From contig CAWBHS010000057.1 in assembly GCA_963788655.1 (NCBI GenBank), forward strand, positions 32,001 through 96,000: a stretch of 64,000 nt of DNA, given 5' to 3'. The DNA is from an uncultured Verrucomicrobiae bacterium (GTDB taxonomy: Bacteria > Verrucomicrobiota > Verrucomicrobiia > Limisphaerales > JAFGQR01). The translations under genes were made by a program, and so were the position numbers. The notes under the pieces were generated by a model. The model ran no database searches. It had not been told where the DNA came from and saw only the letters and a list, made by a program, of their open reading frames with translations. This document shows positions 7,408-19,400 of this stretch, piece after piece; the first letter of the stretch is position 1; each line of letters starts with the position of its first letter.

Positions 7408-10400
7408 CTACGGCTCGACCCGATAATCTTCCAGCAACAAACCGCCGAACGTATCGCCCCGCTGCAATGGCGCGGAACAAGACGTATGCATTTGGATGCT
7501 CTGCACCAGCGTGGCTCCGTCGTAGAGGTAAAAATATAAGTTCGCGCCGAAATCCTTTTTGCCAGCGGTGGCCGCGAAGACCTCGAAGGTCTGTCCCAAC
7601 GCCACCACGTCGTCAAAGAATATTTTATCTTTGGCGGACGGTGGCATGGAACGGTCCGTGACCACAACCCGCACCCACGGCGCGCCGGCCGGGTCGCCCG
7701 CACAAGCCGTCTTGTCCTTGAAGGCCATTTGCGAATTGGCTGCCATTTCGCAGCTCAGGCCTTCATACATCAAGGTCAGCACATTGGGCTTCCCAACCGT
7801 ATCGCAATTGGGAATATCAGCCGCCTTCACACAGTTCTTGTCGTTCTTGTTGGCCGCTTCGAACAGTTTCTTCAACTCGTCTTGCAATGCATTGTCGCCC
7901 GAAGCCAGCGCCGTGTTTACCCCCAGGACGATTTCTACGGACGAGAAAGGATAGGCAACGTCGGGCGAAGCCGCATTGAGCAAGCCAGCCACCCCTTCTT
8001 TCAAAATGTCTTTGACCTTGCCACCGCCGGCCTTGCCTTTCACGGCTTCCAGCAACGTCTTGCTGGCGACCTCCGGCAAGACCGCAGCCTGATCGAAGAC
8101 ACTCAACACAGTTTGATCCGGCGTGTACTCCGACGGCCAGACGCTCGGAGTCTTGCCCCAGTCAGGCGCTTTGGTCGGACAGTTGCCAGCCACCGGAGTC
8201 TCGCTGCCGAGGCAAATCACGGTGGCCGCTTTCCGGGTCAACAGGACGTTCCCGGCATGGGCCGTGGCAATCGCCAGATTGGTCACACAACCACCGCAGG
8301 GCGCGGGCCGTTTGATCGAAATCTTGGCCGGTGAATTGTGCTGATCTTTTAGGGTTACGCTGCCAAAGCCAAATGGCTCGAACGCCTGCCGATCGACCAC
8401 CACCGAGTAAATCACTCGGTCTTGCCAAGCAGCGAGGTTGGGATCGTCGGGAGCGGGCGAGTCCACTGTGTATTGTGCCAGGCGCTCCAGGAACGGCGGC
8501 TGGTTCAAGTTCTCGGTCAGCGACGTCCCCACCTGCAAGATGCTGGCGGCCTCGCCCTGCTTGACTTTGCCGTCGCCGCCGCTTACGCCCAGCGTGCCAT
8601 AGCCGGACGGAAAGGCCGGTGATTTGCTCAAGTAGTCCACGGTAAACTCCAGAACCGTTCGGCCAAAGGTATCGGTGAAAAGGAAGCCCGCCTTGTCACT
8701 GCCCACCAGGTCATTGAACTTATGGGCTTTCTTCCCCCAACCCTGCGCGTTGATCCCATAAGTGTTGTCGCTGACGCTCGGCGACTCGAGGAACGTCACC
8801 TGGATGTTGCCATCGGGCAGCACCATGGAAATCAACCGTCCGCTTTCGAGGCCGCTGGTGTTGTCGCAGTAGGTGATGGGAGGAATCGCTTCGACCATGA
8901 ACTCGTACGCGCCACCCGGCGGCAGGCTGGCCAGACTGCCCACCAACCGGTCATCCGCAGGATAGTCCGGTGTGCCATTATCATCGACGACCACCAGATC
9001 TGTCAGCGTGACCGCGCCATCATTGGTCACGGCGTAGAAATAGGCCGTTCGGCTGCCAGGTTCGACCGTGGCGCTGGCCGCTTCCCCGGACAAAAGAAAC
9101 GCCGGCTCGGCTTCGCACTCGATCCGTCCCGCGCCTTGGCCCGTGACCACCACGGGAGCGCCGGCAAAGTCATACCCGCAAACATCCCCAGTTGCTTCGG
9201 CGGTCACGTTTACATTGGCGGTAATCGCACCCGGGCAAGCCACTTCAAGGGTGCATTGGTTAGTGCCGCATTCGCCGGTCGCCAATGCTGGAATGGTCAA
9301 GCTGTTCCCAACACAGTCCTCTAACTCGGCCGACTGGATCAGGACATTGGCCAGGTCGATCGCTCCAGAATTGCAGACGATCACCTTAAACGTCACTGGG
9401 TACGGCCCGCCGAAATGCGGCAGCCGGACTTGGTTGTCGGCGCCATTACCGTCTGTGTCGGCGGGTGACGTCACTGTGACCTGGGTGGCGATTCTACCGA
9501 CCAGCACCCGAGCAATGGAACTGTCATGGTTGGCAACCGAACGACCGTCGAGGACCGACTGGCCGGAAGCGGTGACGGTGTTGGTCGTATCCTGGCTCCA
9601 AGCCATCTTGAGGTATCGGGTAACGGATTCATTCGGCGCCAGGACCGCGTTCGATGCCGGAAAGAACTCACCGGTAAGATCGCCCATTTGATCATCCAAC
9701 ACTGACAGGTTGTTGATCGGAACCGCTCCACAATTCTGCACGGTGATGCGATAACAGAAACCCGGATCACGATCCCCTCTGATCCCGGAGGCCATCTCGG
9801 CAAACGTCCCGCAATTGTCGTCCGGCAGCAGACATGCAACGGCAGATGCCATGGCAAGGCAAGGTTGCGGACAGCAATTGATGGTGATCATCTGCCTGCA
9901 GACTGCGAGATTGCCGCTGGCATCCGTGGCCGTCCATTCTCGCATAATCCGTTTCGCCACGGGGCACTCGCCCGGCGACTCAACGTCTGTCCAGGTAATA
10001 ACCGGATTGGGATCGCAGGCGTCAAGGGCGCTTGCCTGGTCAAAGACAATGGGTGCGTCACACGCAAACGTCCGGTCGGACGGACACACAATCGCGGGCG
10101 GCGCGGTATCCACCACGGTGACGGTTTGCGAGCAAGTTGCCCGATTGCCGCAGGCATCAGTAGCAGCCCAGGTGCGAGTTACCGTGAACACTGCCTCCGG
10201 AATTATGGCTGGACTTGCCAATCGGGAAACGGTTGGCACGAATCGGGACGCCGGCAGTGATTCCGGCGTCAGTACCGGAAGTTCACGAACCGACGGTGGC
10301 GCAGTTTTGTTTGGATTGCGACGCGCCAAAACATCTTCGACAGCCGTCAAGGTCTGTGGCTGATTGGTGGCCGTGCTCACGACTTCAATCACCACGGTGG

Positions 10401-13400
10401 TGCCACTGCCGGCGTCGGTGGCTGTGGGCGCGTCAAAAGTCCACGCCGTGCCGCACTCCACAACTTTGTTCTCCTGGCAGACGATAAGCGGTGCGGTGGT
10501 ATCCCTGACCGTTACCGTCTGACTACAAGTCGCGCGATTACCGGCAGCGTCCTCGGCCTGCCACGTTCGTATGACTTGATACGTTCCCGAACAGAAGCCG
10601 GTGGAGTTGGTGACTGTGCCGATGACAACAACATTACCCACCGCCCCAGCGCATGCATCCGTGGCGGTAGGTTCATCAAACGCCCAAGCTGCACCGCTCT
10701 CCACCACCTTGTCCGCTTGGCAATGTATTACTGGCGGGGTGGTGTCCGCCGCCGTGAGCTTGACGACGCAATTCGCGGCGTTACCGGCAGCATCGGCAAC
10801 AGTGACCGTGACCGGCGTGGCCACCCCCACAACCAAAGCAGTGCCGGCCGGTGGATTCTGAGACTTCCGCAAATCACCGGCGGGCGTGCAGTTGTCACTG
10901 ACCACCGTGCTGCTGATCAAATTGGGAACTACGGCGTCACAAGTTGCATTCACAGCGATGGTCTGATCAGACGGACAAACGGCAATCACTGGCGCGGTTT
11001 CATCCTTTACGGTGATGAGGACGGCACAGCTCGCTTCATTGCCGGCGGCATCGGCCATGGTGATTGTTACCGAGGTGACGGAATCCAATGCCAAGGCAGT
11101 ACCGGCCAGCGGATTCTGTGTTTTCATCAGGTTGCCGGCGGGGGTGCAGTTGTCCGTGGCAATAGCGGCGCTTAACAAGTTGGGCACCGTTGCTCCACAT
11201 ATTGTGTCTGCAGTAATCGTGCGGTCAGCCGGACAATCCGTGAATGTGGGGGCGGTTTGATCGGCCACGAACACGTTCACCGTGCAAGTGGCGGCATTGC
11301 CGGCAAGGTCACGAACGGTGATGGTGACTGGGGTGGTCAATCCTGGCGTCAAGGCCGTGCCGGCAGCCGGATTCTGGGTCGTGACCAACGCACCATCAAT
11401 TGTGCAGTTGTCGGTAGCCGCAGTGTCGCTCGTTAGGTCGGGAACTATTGCCTCACAGTCGTCATCTACGGCAATGGTCCTATCAGTCGGACAGCCGGTG
11501 ATCAGCGGAGGCGCAGTGTCCGCAACCGTGACTGTTTGCTGGCAAGTGGCCTGGTTGCCGCACGCGTCGCTTGCCACCCAGGTCCGCGTCACGATGAATA
11601 CTGCTGATGGAGAGGTGGCCGGGCTTTCCATCGTGACGGTCATGGACAGCGAGCGGGACACAGAAGGCGAATCCTGCGTTCGCGCCGAGTAGTCTCGAGC
11701 TGTCGCCGGTACCGGCTTGTTCGAGGATAGGCGTAGGGGCTCACTCATGGCAGACACAATGCGGTTTTCCGATGAGACTTGAGCCTCCTGACGTCGGCTG
11801 CTACGCGGTAGCTGGCGTTTTGAAGATCGCTCCAGGAGGGCATTGGCTGAGTTGTCTGCGGCGGCGCTCAAGAACGCCTCGGCAGCTCCGGCAGTCGCTG
11901 CTCGCCTGATGACTGACGGAGCGGACCTCGCTGGATTGATGCGAGTTTCCAAAGCTCGAACAACGGAGACGACCGGAACTGGATCGCGAAGAATCGATTC
12001 CCGGTCGGAAACCGCCAGATCCTGCAATTGGTTGGTGACGGTGCTCACGACGGTAACCGAGACATTGGTTCCGCTGCCGGCATCCGAAGCCATGGGCTCC
12101 TCGAAATTCCAGACCGTGCCGCATTCAACGATCTTGTCCGCTTGGCACTGGAGGATTGGTGCCGTGGTGTCCACGACCGTCACCGTCTGACTGCAGCTCG
12201 CGCTGTTGCCGGCAGCATCCATGGCCCTCCACGTGCGCGTGGTTTGATACGTGCCGAAGCAGAAGCCGGCTGAATTGGTGACCGTATCGCTCACCGTAAT
12301 GGTTACGTCCGTCCCATCACACGCATCCGTGGCGGTCGGTTCATCAAACGTCCAAGCGACTCCGCTTTCCACCACCTTATCAGCCACATAACTCACCACC
12401 GGTGGGGTGACATCTACCGCCGTGAGGTTGACACGGCAATTAGCGGCATTACCCGAAGCGTCCATCACCGTGATCGTGACTGGAGTACTCGAGTTCAAGG
12501 CCAGTGCGGTGCCGGCCGGTGGGTTTTGGGTCATCACCATATTCCCGGCAGCGGTGCAGTTGTCGGCAACTTCCACGCTGCTGCTCAAATCAGGTACCGT
12601 TGCTTGGCAGGCAACATCCGCTGCCAGCGTGCTATCCGGCGGGCAAGTCGTAATGACCGGTGAGGTCTGGTCGGTTGCAATGACGTTAACAGTGCAGGTT
12701 GCCTGATTACCGTTGGCATCGGCAACCGCCACGGCAACCGGCGTAATTACTCCCAATGCCAGGATGGAGCCGGGCGGCGGGCTTTGCGACCTCACCAAAT
12801 CCGCGGTGGCGGTGCAGTTGTCGGTAGCCGTAATGCCGCTCGTGAAGTCAGGCATCGCTGCTTTGCAGGCAGCGTCCACAGCAATCATCCGATCCGGCGG
12901 GCATGCGGTGACCGCCGGCGGGGTTTGATCGGTCACCGTGACCATGGCGATGCACGTCGCCTCATTGCCGGCAGCGTCAGCGATGGTGACGGTGACCGGC
13001 GTGACCGAGTCCAAGGCCAGTGTCGTGCCAGCCGCCGGATACTGAGTTGTCACCAAAGCGCCGGCGGCCGTGCAGTTATCGGTCGCTACCGAGGCGCTCG
13101 TTAAGTCGGGGACCGTCGCCTGACAGGCCGCATCCGCGGCGAGCGTTCGGTCCGGGGGGCAAGTGGTAATTACCGGTGCAGTTTGATCGGCCACCACTAA
13201 GTTGACGGTGCAAGTGGACTCATTGCCGGCAGTGTCGGCAATGATGATTGTTACGGGGGTAATCGTCGCCAATGTCACCTCGGTGCCGGCGGGCGGATTT
13301 TGTGTTTTCACCAAAACCTCAGTAGGCGTGCAGTTGTCGGTGGCGGCTGCAATGCTTGCCAGGTCGGGAATCGTCGCAGCACAAGCCGCATCAGCCGCGA

Positions 13401-16400
13401 GCGTCTGGTTAGGCGGACAAGTTGTGATCTCTGGGGCAGATTGATCGGTCGCCGTAACGTTGACAACGCACGTGGCCTTGTTACCGGTAGCATCGGCAAT
13501 CGTGATCGTGATCTGGGTAATCGAGTTCACAGCCAGCACACTTCCGGCAGCCGGGCTTTGAGTTTTCGCCAAATCACCGCTGGGGGTGCAGTTGTCGGTG
13601 GCAGCGGTGCTGCTGGTCAAGTCGGGCACTACTGATTCGCAGGCAGCGTCCACCGCGAGCGTGCGATCTGGAGGGCAGGCCGTAATTAGCGGCGCGGACT
13701 GATCGGCCGTCGTGACGGTCACCGTGCAAGTGGTCTCATTACCCGCAGCGTCGGCAATGGTAATCGTAACCGGCGTGACCGCGCCTAACATCACCACCGT
13801 CCCGGCGGGCGGATGCTGTGTTTTCACCAAATCACCGCTGGCGGTGCAGTTGTCGGTGGCCGCGGTGCTGCTCGCCAAGTCAGGAATCGCCGCGACGCAA
13901 AGAGCATCCACGCCAAGCGTCAGGTCAGACGGACAGCCAGAAATTACCGGAGGAGTGGTGTCGGCGACGGTGATGGTTTGCTGGCAAGTGGCCTGATTGC
14001 CACATCCATCGGTCGCGACCCAGGTCCGGGTTACAGTGAGCATTGCTGGCGGGGAGACGGTTGGGCTTGTGGCGTTGGCCGTTGGCAATAACGGGGAGAC
14101 GGGAACCGATTTCTGCGTCTGTGCTGAGCGAGTGCGAACGGTCGCGGGTGCTGGCTTGTTGGGAGGCCGGCGGTTGAGCAGACCTGATCTGGCTTCCACA
14201 ATTCGGGCCACCGAAACGACTGGAACGGGTTCACGCGGGGCGGAAGCGCGATCATAGGCCGTCAACGCTCGCATCTGGTTGGTGACGGTGCTCACGATTT
14301 CAAGCAACACATTAGTCCCGCTGCCGGCATCCGTGGCCGCAGGTTCATCGAAGCTCCAGACACTCCCGCACTCCACGACTTTGTCCGCTCGGCACTGGAG
14401 GATCGGTGCTTGGGTGTCCACGACCAACACCGTCTGACTACAAGTCGCGCTGTTGCCGTCGGCATCCATGGCTCTCCATGTGCGTGTGGCTTGAAATGTG
14501 CCGAGGCAGAAACCGGTCGCGTTGGTTACCGTGTCGATAACCGCAATGGTTACTCCCGTGCCGGTGCAAGAATCCGAGGCGCTCGGTTCATCAAACGTCC
14601 AAGTGTCACTGCTCTCCACCACCTTGTCCGCCAGACAATGAATCAACGGCGGCGTGATGTCCACCGCCGTAAGATGGACAACACAGTCGGCCGCATTCCC
14701 AGCCGCGTCTGACACGGTCACCGTAACGGAAGTGGGCGTTCCCAAACCAATGGCAGTGCCAGCCGACGGATTCTGGATCATCCGCAAATCACCGGTAGCA
14801 GTGCAATTATCCCTCGCGGTAATGGCACTCGTCAGGTCGGGCACCAACGTTTCGCAAGCAGCATCCGCCGCCAGCGTGCGGTCCGGTGGGCAAGTCGCAA
14901 TAACCGGCGCGGTTTGATCAGTTACGGTGACGTTTACCGTACATGCTGTCGCATTGCCGGCAGCATCTCTGACGGTGATGGTGACCGGCGTCGTTGCGTC
15001 CACGGCGAGGATCATCCCGGCGGCCGGATCTTGCGTCTTCACCAACTCGCCGGGGGAACTGCAATTGTCAGCAGCCGTAACGGCGCTCGTCATGTCGGGT
15101 ACGGTCGCGGCACAACCAGCATCCGCCGCTATCGTTCGATCCGGTGGGCAACTCGTGATCACTGGCGCGGTTTGATCGGTCACGGTGAGGTTCGCCGTGC
15201 AGGTCGCGGTATTTCCCGAAGTATCTCTGATGGTGACGATGATTGGCGTGCTCGATTTCAAGGCCAATGGCGTGCCCACGGGCGGATTCTGGGTGATGAC
15301 CAAATCACCGGCGGGCGTGCAGTTGTCTGTCGCCGCCGTGGCAATCACCAAATCAGGAACCGTTGCTCCACAAGCCGCATCGGCGGCCAACGTCTGATCC
15401 GGCGGGCAAATGGCAATGACCGGCGCGGTTTGATCGGTTGCCGTGAGGTTGACGATGCACGTAGCCTCATTACCGGAGGCGTCGGCGATGGTGACCGTAA
15501 CGGGAATGACCGAGTTCAAGGCCAACACTGTGCCGGCAGCCGGATTCTGTGTCTTCACCAAATCACCAGCGGACGTGCAGTTGTCCGTGGCGGCGGTGCT
15601 GCTCGCCAAGTCGGGAATCGTCGCGGCACACGCAGCGTCCGCGGCAAGCGTTCGATCGGCCGGGCAACTCACAATCGCCGGAGCGGTTTGGTCAGTTGCC
15701 ATAATGTTGACCGTGCAGGTGGCTTGGTTACCCGCGGCATCGGCGACCGTAACTGTGACCGGGGTAACCACACCCAACGCCAAGACCGTTCCGGGCGGCG
15801 GGCTTTGCGTCTTCAGCAAGTCGCCGGGCGCCGTGCAGTTGTCTGTCGCCACAGTACTGCTCATCAAATCGGGCAACGTCGCCTCACAAGCAGCATCCAC
15901 CGCAAGTGTTCGATCGGGTGGGCAAGCCATGATCACGGGCGGGGTTTGATCAGCCACCGTAACGGAGGTGGTGCAAGTCGCTTGATTGCCGGCGCCATCG
16001 GTGATGGTGATCGTGACCGGGGTAACTGAGTCCACCGTCAAAACCGCACCGGCAGCCGGAATCTGCGTTTTCACCAAATCACCGGCTGCGGTGCAATTGT
16101 CCGTTGCCGTGGTGGTAATCGTCAAATCCGGAAGCGTTGCGCCGCAAGCGGCATCCGCGGCGATGGTCTGGTCCGGCGCACAGGCAGTAATCGTGGGGGC
16201 AGTCTGCTCCGGCCGCGGTGAGGTTGACCACGCACATGGCTTCGTTGCCGGCGGCATCGGCGATTGTCATCGTGACGGGCGTCCGTGAGCCCACGGTCAG
16301 TGCCGTGCCGGCGAGCGGATCTTGCCGCTTCACCAATTCACCGACCGGCGTGCAATTGTCGGTCGCCAGGGTGTCGCTCAACAAGTCGGGCACCGTCGCC

Positions 16401-19400
16401 CGACAGGCGGCGTCCACGGCAACGGTTCGGTCTGGCGGACACGTGGTAATTGTTGGAGCGGTTTGATCCGTTACTGTGACATTCGCCGTGCAAGTGGCCT
16501 GATTGCCGGCAGCGTCGGCCACTGAGATTAAAACCGAAGTGACCGCCCCCAACGTCACCACTGTGCCAGCCGGTGGATTTTGCGTCTTTGTCAAGTCACC
16601 CGCGGCCGTGCAGTTGTCGGTGGCAGCAGTGAGGCTCGCTAAGTCGGGAAGCGTTGTCACACAAGCATTATCGGCGGCAAGCGTTCGATCCGGCGGACAA
16701 GCCGTGATCACGGGGACCATCTGATCGACGACGGTGACATTTGCCGTGCAGGCAGCGGCATTGCCCGAAGTGTCTCTGACCGTGACGATGATGGGCGTGG
16801 TCGAGTTCAAGGCCAGTGGCGTGCCAACAGCCGGATCTTGTGTGGTAATCAAATCATCCGTGGATGTGCAGTTATCTGACGCCTCCGTAGCATCCACCAA
16901 ATCAGGCACCGTTGCTCCGCAGACTGCGTCCGCCGCAAGCGTCCGATCCGGCGGACAAGTCGTAATTAGCGGTGCGGTCTGATCGGTTACGGTTACGGTG
17001 ACGCTGCACTTGGCTTCATTACCGGCGGTGTCCGCGATGGTAATTGTAACCGGTGTGAACGAGTTAAAAGCCAGCACTGTGCCGGCAGCCGGATTCTGCG
17101 TCCTCATCAAGTTACCAGCGGGCGTACAATTGTCCGTAGCGGCGGTGCTGCTCGCCAAGTCAGGAATCGTCGCGGCACAAGCAGCGTCCGCGGCAAGCGT
17201 CCGGTCCGATGGGCAACTCGTAATCACTGGCGCGGTTTGATCGGTCACCGTGACGTTGACGATACAAGTCGCCTTGTTCCCAGCGATGTCAGCGACAGTA
17301 ATGGTGACCGGCGTGATTGTACCCAACAGCAAGTCCGTTCCGGGCGATGGGTTTTGCGTTGTCACTAAATCGCCCGGCGCCGTGCAGTTGTCCGTAGCGG
17401 CGGTGCTGCTTGCCAAGTCGGGAATCGTCGCGGCACAAGCAGCGTCCGCGGCAAGCGTCCGGTCCGATGGGCAACTCGTAATCACTGGCGCGGTTTGATC
17501 GGTCACCGTGACGTTGACGATACAAGTCGCCTTGTTCCCAGCGATGTCGGCGACAGTAATGGTGACCGGCGTGATTGTACCCCACAGCAAGTCCGTTCCG
17601 GGCGATGGGTTTTGCGTTGTCACTAAATCGCCCGGCGCCGTGCAGTTGTCCGTAGCGGCGGTGCTGCTTGCCAAATCGGGAAGCGTTGCGGCACAAGCAG
17701 CATCGGCCGCAACCGTTTGATCCGGTGGACATGACATAATCACCGGCGCCACCTGATCGACAACCGTGAGGTTAACCGTGCAGGTGGTGGTGTTCCCCGA
17801 AAGGTCCATTACCGTGAGGGTGATCGGCGTGGTCGAGCCCAAGGTTAATGCCGTGCCGGCAGGCGGATTTTGCGTCTTCGCCAAGTCACCAGGGGAGGTG
17901 CAGTTGTCGATCGCGGCCGTGCTGCTCGTCAGATCCGGGACCGTCGCTTTACAAGCGGCATCTGCGGCCAGCGTCCGATCCGGCGGGCAAACCGAAATCA
18001 TCGGTGACGTCTGATCGGTTGCGGTAAAGTTGACCGTGCATGTCGTCGCGTTCCCGGCCGTGTCGGTCACGGTCAAGGTGACGGGCGTAGTTGTCCCCAA
18101 TGCAAGGGCCATTCCGGCAGATGGATTCTGAGTCTTCAGCAACTGGCCGGCAGCCGTGCAGTTGTCCGCAGCCAAAGTGGCACTGGTCAAATCCGGCACG
18201 ACGGCTTCACAGGCGGCATCCGCCGCGAGGGTCCGGCCTGGGGGGCAAAACGTAACCACTGGTGCGGCTTGGTCGGTCACGGTGACGGTTGCAACGCACG
18301 TCACTAAATTGCCGGCGGCATCAGCGATGGTGATCGTGACCGGCGTGGCGATCCCCAAAGCAATCACGGTGCCCGATGGTGGATTTTGGGTCTTCAGCAA
18401 CCCACTCACGGTCGTGCAATTGTCCGTGGCGGCGGTGCTGCTCGCCAAATCGGGAAGCGTTGCGGCACAAGCAGCATCTGCTGCGATCGTTTGATCCGAC
18501 GGACAACTCGTGATAACCGGCGCAGTTTGATCGGTCACAGTGACCGCGGCGGTGCAGGTGGCTTCATTGCCGGCGGCATCCCGAACCGTAATGATAATCG
18601 GCGTAACCGAATCCAAAACCAGCGTCGTTCCGGCAACCGGATTCTGAGTCTTGACCAAATCATCCGCGGCCGAGCAGTTGTCGGTGGCCGTGGTAAGGCT
18701 CGCTAAGTCAGGAAGCGTTGCGCCGCAAGCGGCATCCGCGGCGATGGTCTGGTCCGGCGCACAGGCGGTAATCGTGGGGGCAGTCTGCTCCGCCGCGGTG
18801 AGGTTGACCACGCACATGGCTTCGTTGCCGGCGGCATCGGCGATCGTAATCGTGACGGGCGTCCGTGAGCCCACGGTCAGTGCCGTGCCGGCGGGCGGAG
18901 CTTGCCGCTTCACCAATTCACCGACCGGCGTGCAATTGTCGGTCGCCAGGATGGCGCTCAGCAAGTCGGGCACCGTCGCCTGACAATCGGCGTCCACGGC
19001 AACTGTTCGGTCTGGCGGACACGTGGTAATTGCCGGGGCGGTTTGATCCGTTACCGTGACGTTCACCGTGCAAGTGGCCTCATTGCCGGCAGTGTCGGCG
19101 ACTGTGATTGTAACCGGCGTGACCGCCCCCAACGTCACCACTGTGCCAGCCGGTGGATTTTGCGTTTTCACCAAGCCACCCACGGCCGTGCAGTTGTCGG
19201 TGGCAGCAGCGAGGCTCGCTAAGTCGGGAATCCTCGTCGCACAAGCATTGTCGGCGGCAAGCATTCGATCCGGCGGGCAAGCCGTGATCACGGGGGCCAT
19301 CTGATCGACGACGGTGACATTTGCCGTGCAGGTGGCGGCATTGCCCGAAGTGTCCCTGACCGTAACGATGATTGGCGTGGTCGAGTTCAAGGCCAGTGGC

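Noticed and set aside
7408..7430. HYR protein ending ..DYRVEP as a member of the shared FYR terminal domain
   Set aside because: The upstream Y-x-x-(Q/E)-Y..L..W pattern is absent; the terminus belongs to the HTSCS-motif domain.
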